From IMG/VR virus record IMGVR_UViG_3300034954_001721: DNA of 64,000 bases. One strand, written 5' to 3'. The stretch comes from a virus. Shown here in pieces: positions 36,689 to 45,431 of the stretch. The position numbers and the translations under genes are program-made. The notes under the pieces were generated by a model. It searched no databases and had not been told where the DNA came from. It saw only the letters and a program-made list of their open reading frames with translations. Every line of letters starts with the position of its first letter. Within the stretch, counting starts at the first letter, position 1.

Positions 36689-36960
36689 GTTGAAGTCACT
36701 CCGTCAATAGTTACTGTATTTGTTCCAGTTCCAGGTGAAAGATTTCCTGATGCTGTAACTCCACTTCCTGTAGCAGAATATTGATATCCTGTATTATAAT
36801 CCATCGAATTGATGGTTTCAACAACTTTAGATTTGGTCTCAGTTGTGCTGGTCATTGATCCCTGAGTAAAATTTGGGACCACTGGAACTGCATTTGCAGC
36901 AGTCCCTTGCAATACACCAAGAATCAACCCTAAACCGATTGCTTCCTGTAATCTAGTCAT
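36523..36960 (-). CDS. secreted Ser/Thr-rich beta protein
   Basis: Signal peptide ending ANA, then VPVVPNF. Confidence 0.75.
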   Translation of the reverse strand: MTRLQEAIGLGLILGVLQGTAANAVPVVPNFTQGSMTSTTETKSKVVETINSMDYNTGYQYSATGSGVTASGNLSPGTGTNTVTIDGVTSTWTGVTSKPSFTQTNPGNAFQFTETYQGPGLSNQTIIQRTTEVESITTTTSIFSQ

Positions 36961-36972
36961 TGTTATTTAACC

Positions 36973-37470
36973 TCAGTCAATAACCGTGATTTCCGAAACG
37001 AATTGTCCTATTGCCGTAGAACCAGCTCCGCCAGCCGTCACCGTAAGAACATTTGCCGAGGTTACAGTACCAGCAAGATCACCAGTAGTACCAGCAGTAT
37101 AAGATGTCTGACCCGTCAGATTACCAACAGTTCCTACAGTAGGAGCACTAGTTGGGATTGCATCAGCCTGGGTATAAGATTGACTGAAGGAGAATGCTGC
37201 TCCAGGAGTATCCTGAGTTGCTGCAATCGTTCCTGGTGAATAAACACCATTAGTGATAGTACCAGCAGAAACTGTGTTTGCAGTTGATCCGTCCGTGGTG
37301 TCAATATTTGTTCCGGAAATACTGAACGATGAACCAATTCTTGATGCGGTAGTTTTTGCAGCATCAACTGAAAGTTGAACACTTGATGCATGTTTGCTAA
37401 CCAAACCACCTGCATTTGCTACAGAAGTGGTCATCAAAACCATACCAAAAGCAAGTAATGCTTTTTTCAT
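36973..37470 (-). CDS. secreted Ser/Thr/Gly-rich beta protein
   Basis: MKKALLAFGMVLMTTSVANA signal peptide; start moved to 37470; CTAAATA upstream on the minus strand. Confidence 0.75.
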   Translation of the reverse strand: MKKALLAFGMVLMTTSVANAGGLVSKHASSVQLSVDAAKTTASRIGSSFSISGTNIDTTDGSTANTVSAGTITNGVYSPGTIAATQDTPGAAFSFSQSYTQADAIPTSAPTVGTVGNLTGQTSYTAGTTGDLAGTVTSANVLTVTAGGAGSTAIGQFVSEITVID

Positions 37471-37505
37471 AAATTTGTAGTATAATTCTATGGCTTTATT
37501 TAGTA

Positions 37506-38072
37506 TTGGGTAAATTGTATCATAACGTACTAGACAAAAATATATTTCCAAGTTTTGTATGCTCATGCATTCCACAGATTGATATGATGTCTGTACTTGA
37601 AGAGGCATATGTTATTGAAAATAGATATCCATCAGAAGAAGTATCTAATGAGGGAGGATATCATTCCCCAACTTTTGTGGGAACTTCTTTTTCTTCATTA
37701 TATGATGTTGTTAAACAGTTTTCTAACGATGTCCTTCAGCAAAAAAATCTTGGATTGACTGTAGAAAATATTGAATATTGGTGTAATATCAATAAGTGTT
37801 ATAACTATAATGTAATGCATTCTCATGGTCGTGCTGATTTAATTGGCATTTACTACGTTAAAGTTCCTCCACAATCTGGACAATTTGTAGTTTTGAGAAA
37901 TGATGGATCGCAATATTGTAATCTTTACGAAAACCGTAATGACATGTTAGAATATATTACCGAACCTGAAGAAGGTCGGTTGTATATTTTACCTGGACAC
38001 TTTTGGCACTATGTAACTGGTAACAACAGTAAAGAAGATAGAATTTCAATCTCATTTAATATCTACACATGA
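37506..38072 (+). CDS. 2OG-Fe(II) oxygenase-like protein
   Basis: SNEGGYHS, WCNIN, HSH, GIYY, HYV, RISISFN. Confidence 0.8.
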   Translation: MGKLYHNVLDKNIFPSFVCSCIPQIDMMSVLEEAYVIENRYPSEEVSNEGGYHSPTFVGTSFSSLYDVVKQFSNDVLQQKNLGLTVENIEYWCNINKCYNYNVMHSHGRADLIGIYYVKVPPQSGQFVVLRNDGSQYCNLYENRNDMLEYITEPEEGRLYILPGHFWHYVTGNNSKEDRISISFNIYT

Positions 38073-38509
38073 TTAAAAAATTTGCAGAACTTCTTGGTAT
38101 CTCTAAAGAACAACCAAAAATGGAAGTAGAAACTCAAACTACACTTCTTCAGAAAAAAGCAGGTACTTATAAAGAAAAGAAAGAAGAAGGGGAAGCATTT
38201 AAACAAGATGCTATCAATTATTACACAGGTGTTCCTGCTCCTGCATATTTGGAGGATGATCCCTGGTTTGGTCCTGCTCCCAATTTAACTGAAAAGCAGC
38301 AAGATTATATGGAGCAAGAAACGCTAATCAAGCAACAGGAAGAACAGGAACGTTCTGAAGATACTTGCGAATCACACGATATTCATGCTAAGATGTACGA
38401 GATTGCAACTCAGAACTGGACCACCGTAGCGGAAACCCAAGGCGGTTCCGAAAACTTTCAAGAAGGTCCTGGTGGTTGGAATTCTGGAACTGGTTTAGCA
38501 CAGTTTTAA
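38069..38509 (+). CDS. hypothetical protein
   Basis: DDPWFG, GGSENFQEG; coupled ORF. Confidence 0.6.
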   Translation: MIKKFAELLGISKEQPKMEVETQTTLLQKKAGTYKEKKEEGEAFKQDAINYYTGVPAPAYLEDDPWFGPAPNLTEKQQDYMEQETLIKQQEEQERSEDTCESHDIHAKMYEIATQNWTTVAETQGGSENFQEGPGGWNSGTGLAQF

Positions 38510-38511
38510 CG

Positions 38512-38540
38512 TTGACAATCTACGCCCTGTAGTGTAGAAT
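38512..38540 (+). promoter_or_regulatory. sigma70-type promoter
   Basis: TTGACA-17 nt-TAGAAT. Confidence 0.8.
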
Positions 38541-38546
38541 ACTTTT

Positions 38547-38936
38547 ATGATTTTAGAAACCATTTTGGCATTAACGCCACTTGATTATGATCATCTTGCT
38601 CGTGCCGTTCAGGTAGAAGCAGCACCCAATACTCGTGATGAGTTTTGTGTTGCTGTTTCAATTTTGAATCGTGTTCGTTCTCCGCATTTTCCAAATACGG
38701 TAGCGGATGTTGTTTATGCGCCTGGACAGTATGAGGGATTCCGCTTTTGGAATCCTGTAGCAAAGAAAAGTGTTGTTGAGCGTCTCAAGAAAAATGAGAA
38801 CTTGCTTGCAGCATACTCGGTGATTGGTGATCGAACTGATTTCAAAGGTCAATCGCAACTCCCATATAGAATTATATCCGAGGATCCAATGTGTGATCCA
38901 AAGGGAAACTTCTTCCATTATCATTGGCAGGGGTGA
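38547..38936 (+). CDS. SleB/CwlJ-like cell-wall hydrolase (Hydrolase_2)
   Basis: LARAVQVEA, VAVSILNRV, FPNTVADVVYAPGQY. Confidence 0.8.
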   Translation: MILETILALTPLDYDHLARAVQVEAAPNTRDEFCVAVSILNRVRSPHFPNTVADVVYAPGQYEGFRFWNPVAKKSVVERLKKNENLLAAYSVIGDRTDFKGQSQLPYRIISEDPMCDPKGNFFHYHWQG

Positions 38937-38944
38937 CCCTCCTT

Positions 38945-39018
38945 GACTCAATAGCTCAGCTGGATAGAGCAACTGCCTTCTAAGCAGTCGGTCGTAGGTT
39001 CGAATCCTACTTGAGTCG
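38945..39018 (+). tRNA. tRNA-Arg(UCU)
   Basis: Cloverleaf; anticodon TCT. Confidence 0.95.
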
Positions 39019-39032
39019 TTTGTCTTCTTACT

Positions 39033-39203
39033 ATGGACCCAGTTAAAATATTACTTCTACTATCTGAATTAGAAGGCAGTTCTGCTCATTTGGGCAACTT
39101 GGGTTTTGAAGAGGACAAAGAAGTTCTTAACGAAATGAAGGGTAGGTACTACAAACTATACTTCAAACTCTGTAAAGAACAAGGGAGAAATCCCTACGGA
39201 TAA
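39033..39203 (+). CDS. small hypothetical protein (56 aa)
   Basis: MDPVKILLLLSELEG...YYKLYF; fills the gap between tRNAs. Confidence 0.6.
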   Translation: MDPVKILLLLSELEGSSAHLGNLGFEEDKEVLNEMKGRYYKLYFKLCKEQGRNPYG

Positions 39204-39275
39204 TCCTCTGTAGCTCAGCGGTAGAGCCGACGACTGTTAATCGTCTGGTCGCAGGTTCGAATCCTGCCGGGGGAG
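39204..39275 (+). tRNA. tRNA-Asn(GUU)
   Basis: Cloverleaf; anticodon GTT. Confidence 0.93.
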
Positions 39276-39524
39276 TTAGGAACTTGAGACGTTCCAACCA
39301 AGGTGCTCATCGGTTCGGATATACCGAAACCCTGTAGGTGAGGGTAAACCCCCTTGGATATTCACAACGGAAATTGTGTCTTACTCCATTACAAACTGTC
39401 AGAATGTTGGGTTGAGTGCCCCGTCCTCAATCAGGCGCTTGGTTGAGAAACACATTCGGATAAGTGTAATGTATTATATAAGACCATGGAGTAATCCTAA
39501 ACTACAGGTTGGTTCACCTGTATT
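39276..39524 (+). ncRNA. large structured RNA, probably the manA RNA motif
   Basis: Non-coding tRNA spacer with long-range pairs ttactccat/atggagtaa, cctgtag/ctacagg, gaatgt/acattc. manA RNAs are known from cyanophages next to tRNAs. Confidence 0.6.
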
Positions 39525-39597
39525 GCCTCCGTAGCTCAGCTGGTAGAGCAGGTCTTTTGTAAAGATCAGGTCGCAGGTTCAAGTCCTGTCAGAGGCT
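39525..39597 (+). tRNA. tRNA-Thr(UGU)
   Basis: Cloverleaf; anticodon TGT. Confidence 0.93.
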
Positions 39598-39625
39598 TGA
39601 CAATCTGAAATGATTGTTATATTAT
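39597..39625 (+). promoter_or_regulatory. sigma70-type promoter
   Basis: TTGACA-17 nt-TATTAT. Confidence 0.7.
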
Positions 39626-39673
39626 AGGTTCATCCGTGTGAAGGATGTGTCTGGGGATTAATCCCCACCACCT

Positions 39674-39745
39674 GCGGGTGTAGTTCAGTGGTAGAACGTC
39701 AGCCTTCCAAGCTGAATGTCGTCGGTTCGAACCCGATCTCCCGCT
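39674..39745 (+). tRNA. tRNA-Gly(UCC)
   Basis: Cloverleaf; anticodon TCC. Confidence 0.93.
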
Positions 39746-39780
39746 TTCTGGTTAACCGTAAAACCAGAATTTATACCTAG

Positions 39781-39788
39781 TATAAATA
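39781..39788 (+). promoter_or_regulatory. T4-type late promoter
   Basis: TATAAATA. Confidence 0.65.
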
Positions 39789-39893
39789 TTACACCTTTTG
39801 AAGATTTACAACAAAAGGTAACAACAGGGAGTTGTCGATTCCCTTTCCATCTGCGGGTAATCATTCCGCAAGTAAAAAACGAGGTTTAAACAA

Positions 39894-40259
39894 ATGATCA
39901 AATCTGTATTCGCAGCAACTGCTGCTCTGTCTATGTCCGCAGGCGCTGCCCTTGCAGGTCCCTACGTCAACGTGGAAACGAATGCCGGTTGGGTAGGCGA
40001 CGATTATTCCGGAGCAACCACAGATCTTCATATTGGCTATGAAGGAGAAGTTGGTGCTGCCGCATACTACGTCCAGGCGGGTCCAGCAGTCGTTTCTGTT
40101 GATGGTCAAGAGTCCGAAACTCAATTCTCTGGTAAAGCAGGTCTTGGCGTTCCCGTTAGCGATGCTATCGGAGTGTATGGAGAAGTTTCCTTCCTGACTG
40201 CAGACGATAAGGATGATCTGGGTCTTGGCGGTAAGTTGGGTGTTAAGTACAACTTCTGA
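39894..40259 (+). CDS. small outer-membrane beta-barrel-like protein
   Basis: Signal peptide ending ALA, amphipathic strands, C-terminal KYNF. Confidence 0.75.
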   Translation: MIKSVFAATAALSMSAGAALAGPYVNVETNAGWVGDDYSGATTDLHIGYEGEVGAAAYYVQAGPAVVSVDGQESETQFSGKAGLGVPVSDAIGVYGEVSFLTADDKDDLGLGGKLGVKYNF

Positions 40260-40292
40260 TCCCATTTTTCTAGTTAATAAGGATATCCTAAC

Positions 40293-40317
40293 AACCTCCC
40301 TAAAGGGAGGTTTTTTT
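40293..40317 (+). terminator. intrinsic terminator
   Basis: aacctccc-taaa-gggaggtt followed by a T-run. Confidence 0.85.
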
Positions 40318-40371
40318 ATGGTTTAATTTGGATTAACCATGTTAAAATAGTAAGGTCATTTGACAAAACCG

Positions 40372-40566
40372 ATGAAAAAGTATTTAAGAGCATTCTTAAA
40401 TCCAATAACTCAGATTAATATAATGATTCTGGGTTTTTTAATACTTGTTCAGGTTATACATACCAGAGCACATCATACTCTAGAGACTGATGTCCATGGG
40501 CATGTTCATAGAGCACTAAAAGCAAACCCAGAAATGGCACGATCTACCTGCTACGAACTTGACTAA
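40372..40566 (+). CDS. small membrane protein, His-rich
   Basis: TM followed by IHTRAHH...VHGHVH. Confidence 0.55.
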   Translation: MKKYLRAFLNPITQINIMILGFLILVQVIHTRAHHTLETDVHGHVHRALKANPEMARSTCYELD

Positions 40567-40805
40567 TGAAGAAGAAAGTAAAAAAAATGATGGAATGGTT
40601 CTATGATGAATCATATAGAGGAGGACAAAACATTGCAGAATGCAAAAATCTTTATGATCTTGTAGAAAAACTGCAGTGTCGTCTAGAAGATGTGGAAAAT
40701 GATTATCTGCACTTATGTCGTGAAATTGCTATACATCGACGTGAAATTGGTAGATTACAAGGTATACTAGATACGTTAGAATCTCGGTTACCTGATGAAG
40801 ATTAA
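40566..40805 (+). CDS. hypothetical coiled-coil protein
   Basis: Coupled ORF. Confidence 0.55.
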   Translation: MKKKVKKMMEWFYDESYRGGQNIAECKNLYDLVEKLQCRLEDVENDYLHLCREIAIHRREIGRLQGILDTLESRLPDED

Positions 40806-40980
40806 TCTGTGGTATTCAAAGAGTATGTCTCAGTGGCGTTGGACACTTGTGGAAGAGTGGAGAAACGGCGTCACTAAGACCGAACAACACTCTGGACAAC
40901 AACCGATGTTGCGTGATGCAATGGAAGATGTTGCCAAAACTGTAGAGTATATGTTAAAATATGAGGAGAAGGGCGATTAG
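40795..40980 (+). CDS. hypothetical protein whose stop lies inside tRNA-Val
   Basis: MKINLWYSKSMSQWRWTL...LRDAMEDVAKTVEY. Confidence 0.65.
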   Translation: MKINLWYSKSMSQWRWTLVEEWRNGVTKTEQHSGQQPMLRDAMEDVAKTVEYMLKYEEKGD

Positions 40981-41042
40981 CGCAGCGGTAGCGCAGCTGC
41001 TTTACACGCAGTTGGTCATTGGTTCGAATCCGATATTGCCCA
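40971..41042 (+). tRNA. tRNA-Val(UAC)
   Basis: Cloverleaf; anticodon TAC. Confidence 0.93.
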
Positions 41043-41050
41043 TATAAATA
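41043..41050 (+). promoter_or_regulatory. T4-type late promoter
   Basis: TATAAATA immediately after tRNA-Val. Confidence 0.65.
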
Positions 41051-41094
41051 GATGTGGAAAGACTTCTGTGAAGGAAGGAACACATTATAAAAAC

Positions 41095-41349
41095 ATGGAT
41101 AATGTTAAAATAAGATGCCGCTCCTGTGGTAAGGAGTTAATTGGGCATCCAAGTAGGACTGTTTGTTGTGGTTGCCCAAATATGACAACTATTCGTGGAG
41201 ATAGAATCTCTGCAGTTGACTTAGGTCAAGTTATCATGTTAAACTCTTATACAAGTAAAAAAGAAACCGTTCTTACTCAGCAAGATATTGAGTGGCAAGA
41301 ACAAAGAAGACAACGCAAAGTTCGTAAAATGAATTTTGAAGTTCGTTAG
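41095..41349 (+). CDS. zinc-ribbon hypothetical protein
   Basis: CRSC...CGC. Confidence 0.65.
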   Translation: MDNVKIRCRSCGKELIGHPSRTVCCGCPNMTTIRGDRISAVDLGQVIMLNSYTSKKETVLTQQDIEWQEQRRQRKVRKMNFEVR

Positions 41350-41420
41350 GAAACTCACACATTAGTGCATGATTAGAAGTACTTACTATAATAGCTAGTA
41401 TGTATTTTAAACTAAAACAA

Positions 41421-41582
41421 ATGGACAAAACATCCTATGAAAATTGGGTGAGAGTCAAAGAATCTTTAGAAGAGTCAGGAAGTACGGACAATTTCTATTA
41501 TAGGAGAGCTTGTGCTATAGTATCGGGAGGACCCGATCCAATGGAAAATCTGCCCAATGTCGCACAGGATGGATCAAATTAA
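41421..41582 (+). CDS. hypothetical protein
   Basis: ENWVRVKESLE...FYYRRA. Confidence 0.6.
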   Translation: MDKTSYENWVRVKESLEESGSTDNFYYRRACAIVSGGPDPMENLPNVAQDGSN

Positions 41583-41778
41583 ACCAGCTCACTATGTCAC
41601 TCGCGAAGAGTGTCAGGAGATGATAGATGCTGCAATAAGACAACATAATCGTAATGCTTCAATTATTTCAATGTGTGTTGGATGGGTTGTTCTTGCACTT
41701 TTTGCTGAGGGTTTACTTCGACTCATCGGCGTGATTGATCCAATTTTTCCCTGGTTAAAAATCACACTACAGTCTTAA
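41557..41778 (+). CDS. small membrane protein
   Basis: AIRQHNRNAS followed by a TM segment. Confidence 0.6.
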   Translation: MSHRMDQIKPAHYVTREECQEMIDAAIRQHNRNASIISMCVGWVVLALFAEGLLRLIGVIDPIFPWLKITLQS

Positions 41779-41901
41779 ATGAACGCTGACGAAAAAAGAG
41801 AGTTCTATAAAGGACTCCGCGAGCGCATCAAACAACTTAGAATAGAACACTTATTTGAAGAACCTTGTCCTTTATATGAGGATACAGATGAAGAAACTTA
41901 A
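41779..41901 (+). CDS. small hypothetical protein (40 aa)
   Basis: MNADEKREFYKGLRERIKQL...FEEPCPLYE. Confidence 0.5.
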   Translation: MNADEKREFYKGLRERIKQLRIEHLFEEPCPLYEDTDEET

Positions 41902-42493
41902 TACGTTTACATTAAATATCACAGTTGCTATCTTAAACTTCCTGTATCAAGGTCGTCACTTTCAGAGATTCTGGGTACTTGAGGAGATAGCACGGGCACC
42001 ATACTTTGCTTTTTTAAGTGTGCTTCACTTACGTGAATCATTAGGTTTGCGTGGACAGTGGCACATTTATTTGATGAAACAGCACTTCGAGCAATCGGTC
42101 AATGAAACAGAACATCTGGAAATCATGGAATCTAGGGGCGGTAATGCTTATTGGATTGATCGCTTTTTTGCCAGACACCTCGTACTTGTCTATTATTGGA
42201 TCAACGTGGTTTATTATTGGTTATCTCCTCGCGCTGCTTACCATCTCTCCTACGAAATAGAACTTCATGCTATGGAAACCTATGCAAAGTATCTTGCAGA
42301 GATTGATGGATCTGATATAGATATATGCAGTGTGATGAATGATGAATTGCATCACGCTCAAGAATTGTATGAGGCAATGAATATCATTGATCCTGATCAT
42401 TTAACAGTAAGAGAGGAAAATCGCAAACCATTTCCACCGGATATAAGTGATTTAAGTTCAGTAAAATTAGTATCATCAGTAGAACAACAATGA
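41888..42493 (+). CDS. ptox: plastoquinol terminal oxidase (alternative oxidase family)
   Basis: RFWVLEEIARAPY, NETEHL, EIELHA..TY, DELHH diiron ligands. Confidence 0.92.
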   Translation: MKKLNTFTLNITVAILNFLYQGRHFQRFWVLEEIARAPYFAFLSVLHLRESLGLRGQWHIYLMKQHFEQSVNETEHLEIMESRGGNAYWIDRFFARHLVLVYYWINVVYYWLSPRAAYHLSYEIELHAMETYAKYLAEIDGSDIDICSVMNDELHHAQELYEAMNIIDPDHLTVREENRKPFPPDISDLSSVKLVSSVEQQ

Positions 42494-43536
42494 AAGTAGG
42501 AATTATTGGTTTAGGTAGAATGGGTGAGGGTATGTCCCGCCGTATGATGAAAGAAGGTATTGAAGTTTGGGGTTATAGACGAAATTATGAAAAAGCACAA
42601 GAGGCATTTGAAAAGGGATACGTAAGTGGAGTTGCTACCACTTTAGAAAATCTTGTTCAGATAGTTAAAACAGATGGAAAGATGTATACCAGTGGTGGTG
42701 AAGTTCCTGGTATTTTTCAACTTGTTATTCCTGCAGAATTAGTAGAGGACACATTAAATGAGTTACTACCATTACTTGGCGACGGGGATATTATTATTGA
42801 TCATGGCAATAGCAACTTTAAGGATTCTAGACGGAGAGCAGAAAGGCTTGCTAAGTTGGGTATCCAATATCTTGACTGCGGTACTAGTGGTGGAGTTTAC
42901 GGTCTGGAGCGTGGATACTGTCTTATGGTTGGTGGTGCAACTGGAGCAGTATCTGTCTGTGCCCCCATTTTCAGGGCACTTGCACCTGGTATTACCGCTG
43001 CAACCCGCACAGACCCCCGCACTAGGGCAACCAGTGCTGAGTATGGTTGGTTACACTGCGGAGGTCCTGGAGCAGGTCATTTCGTAAAAATGGTTCACAA
43101 CGGAGTCGAATATGGAATCATGCAAGCGTATGCAGAAGGGTTTAATATTCTCCATCATGGTAATCTTGGTTCCAAATATGTTAAGGAAGGGGATGCTGAG
43201 GTTGCTCCGATGGAAAATCCAGCAGACTATCAATATGATGTTGATGTTGTTGAAGTTGCTGAGCTCTGGCGTCGTGGTTCTGTTGTTGGTAGCTGGTTAC
43301 TTGACCTTACCGCTGATGTATTACGGCATGACCATGACCTTAGCAAGTTCGATGGGGGAGTATCAGACTCTGGTGAGGGTCGTTGGACTCTCCACGCTGC
43401 TGTGGATCTTGGTGTACCCACACCTGTTATCTCTGCCGCACTATTTGAACGGTTTAATTCTCGCAGACTGGGGGAGTTTGGAAACAAAATCTTGAACGGA
43501 ATGCGTTACATGTTCGGAGGTCATCATGTTCGCTAA
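42490..43536 (+). CDS. gnd: 6-phosphogluconate dehydrogenase (decarboxylating, short type)
   Basis: GLGRMG, DHGN, SGG, GHFVKMVHNGVEY, DSGEGRW, FGGH. Confidence 0.96.
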   Translation: MKVGIIGLGRMGEGMSRRMMKEGIEVWGYRRNYEKAQEAFEKGYVSGVATTLENLVQIVKTDGKMYTSGGEVPGIFQLVIPAELVEDTLNELLPLLGDGDIIIDHGNSNFKDSRRRAERLAKLGIQYLDCGTSGGVYGLERGYCLMVGGATGAVSVCAPIFRALAPGITAATRTDPRTRATSAEYGWLHCGGPGAGHFVKMVHNGVEYGIMQAYAEGFNILHHGNLGSKYVKEGDAEVAPMENPADYQYDVDVVEVAELWRRGSVVGSWLLDLTADVLRHDHDLSKFDGGVSDSGEGRWTLHAAVDLGVPTPVISAALFERFNSRRLGEFGNKILNGMRYMFGGHHVR

Positions 43537-43654
43537 TGTACTTCTTTGGATAGCAGTTCCCTTTGTATGCACAACTGTATTCTTTGGGTTCTTCAAAGGA
43601 GAAAATGTCTATTATGAATCAGATAAGTATGACGGAAATGGAACCGCACACTAG
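43526..43654 (+). CDS. small single-TM protein (42 aa)
   Basis: MFANVLLWIAVPFVCTTVFFG...YYESDKYDGNGTAH; overlaps the gnd stop and zwf start. Confidence 0.55.
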   Translation: MFANVLLWIAVPFVCTTVFFGFFKGENVYYESDKYDGNGTAH

Positions 43655-44972
43655 TGGAATAGTGATCTTCGGAGCAACGGGAGACCTTTGTAAGAAGAAA
43701 CTAATACCAGCACTTTACAATCTTTGGAAGAAAGATTTACTTCCAGAAAATTTTTTAATTACTGGTTCTGCTAGAAGAGAACCAACACCAGAGCAGTGGA
43801 AACAAAGTTTGGGTGATTATCCATCCGAATTCTTGTGGCATTTAGATTATGTTTCTACAGATCTTTCAATGCCAAACACTCTGATGCATTTGCCAAATGA
43901 TCTGGAAGACACGACTTATTTCTTATCTGTCCCACCAGAAAGGTATGAAAATGCAATCATCAATCTTAAAGAAGCTGGTTTCTTGGATGACCCTGAGCAC
44001 TCCCGAGTGGTTATCGAGAAACCCTTTGGGCACAATTATAAATCTGCTGATCATTTACAGTCAGTGGTGGAGCGACATCTACGCGAAAAGCAAGTCTATC
44101 GCATTGATCATTATCTCGGCAAAGATACTGTTAATAACATCCTTGCCACCCGCTTTAGCAATATTTTATTGGAACCACTTTGGAATAGGCAGTACATAGA
44201 AGAAGTGCAAATCTTTGCAACTGAAAAAATCAGTTGTGATGGTCGATCACAATACTATGAGACTGCTGGTGCAGTTCGTGATATGTTGCAGAACCATATT
44301 CTTCAGGTTCTTGCACTAATCGCTATGGAACCACCTTGCAAAATGGATGCAAGAGAAGTTCGTCGTGAAAAGACAAAAGTTCTTGCTGCTACTCGTTTAG
44401 GGGAGGATACGATCTTTGGACAATACGAACAATACCGCACTGAAGAGGGTGTTGATCCTCACAGTAGCACTCCTACCTTCGTTGCTGGTTCTCTTTATGT
44501 CGATAACTGGCGTTGGGAAGGAGTTCCTTTTCGCGTTCTGACAGGTAAATGTATGCCTTATGGGTGTGTAGAAGTTGTAATTAAATTTAAATCACCACCA
44601 AGACAGTTGTTTGATGGTGAAACAAACGATCGCATTGTGATAAGACTTCAACCACATGCACATTTGGATATGAGAATTGATATTAAAGCGCCAGGATTAA
44701 CAGATCATGTTGAAACTGCAACACTAACTCACAGATATCCTGATTGGTTGGGTGTTGATGGATATGAGAAACTTCTTTTTGATGCTATTAATGATAATCA
44801 ATCTAATTTTGTTCACGCTGATGAAGTGATGGAGTCTTGGCGTATTGTTGAGGATTTACTTTGTACTGGTGATGAGTGTACTATTTGTACTACTCCTCAC
44901 ATTTACTCTTCTGGTAGTTGGGGACCTAGAGAAGAGGTAAATAAAATTACTGATTGGGATTTTCCAGCATGA
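43629..44972 (+). CDS. zwf: glucose-6-phosphate dehydrogenase
   Basis: GATGDL, EKPFG, RIDHYLGK, DMLQNH, RWEGVPF. Confidence 0.96.
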   Translation: MTEMEPHTSGIVIFGATGDLCKKKLIPALYNLWKKDLLPENFLITGSARREPTPEQWKQSLGDYPSEFLWHLDYVSTDLSMPNTLMHLPNDLEDTTYFLSVPPERYENAIINLKEAGFLDDPEHSRVVIEKPFGHNYKSADHLQSVVERHLREKQVYRIDHYLGKDTVNNILATRFSNILLEPLWNRQYIEEVQIFATEKISCDGRSQYYETAGAVRDMLQNHILQVLALIAMEPPCKMDAREVRREKTKVLAATRLGEDTIFGQYEQYRTEEGVDPHSSTPTFVAGSLYVDNWRWEGVPFRVLTGKCMPYGCVEVVIKFKSPPRQLFDGETNDRIVIRLQPHAHLDMRIDIKAPGLTDHVETATLTHRYPDWLGVDGYEKLLFDAINDNQSNFVHADEVMESWRIVEDLLCTGDECTICTTPHIYSSGSWGPREEVNKITDWDFPA

Positions 44973-45172
44973 GAATACAAATTTTAGAAGCACTCAAAGC
45001 AGATGCTAAAGGCAACATTGAAAAAGCAAGATTAAATATTGAAATTTATCTAAAGAATCCTGTGGGTATTGGGGAGCATCCAGATGTTCTCGCTGCTATT
45101 CAAGATCAAATTGATATTATTGCCCATGAAGAAGAGCGTATTGAAGTATTAGAAAAGTATTTTGATTCATGA
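44969..45172 (+). CDS. conserved hypothetical protein
   Basis: NIEIYLKNPVGIGEHPD. Confidence 0.7.
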   Translation: MRIQILEALKADAKGNIEKARLNIEIYLKNPVGIGEHPDVLAAIQDQIDIIAHEEERIEVLEKYFDS

Positions 45173-45256
45173 TTACATTTATGTTTGTATTTGCTTTTAT
45201 TTCGTTGCTTGTTTTTGGTATGGAGTTAACCTGGCCAATAAAACAACATAAGTAAA

Positions 45257-45418
45257 ATGATCCATAAAGTTGCACATTTTGCTGCATGGACTTTAAACAA
45301 TCCTTGGACACTAGGACCAATGTGTTTGGCACTAGTGTTTGTTCCTATTTTGGGAATGCATCTGGTTCATAAGTATGGATGGGAACACTGGGAACCGTTT
45401 GCCAAACCCCACAAATAG
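45257..45418 (+). CDS. small membrane protein (53 aa)
   Basis: LALVFVPILGM...HKYGWEHWEPF. Confidence 0.55.
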   Translation: MIHKVAHFAAWTLNNPWTLGPMCLALVFVPILGMHLVHKYGWEHWEPFAKPHK

Positions 45419-45427
45419 TGCTATACT
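45399..45427 (+). promoter_or_regulatory. sigma70-type promoter
   Basis: TTGCCA-17 nt-TATACT. Confidence 0.65.
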
Positions 45428-45431
45428 AAAC

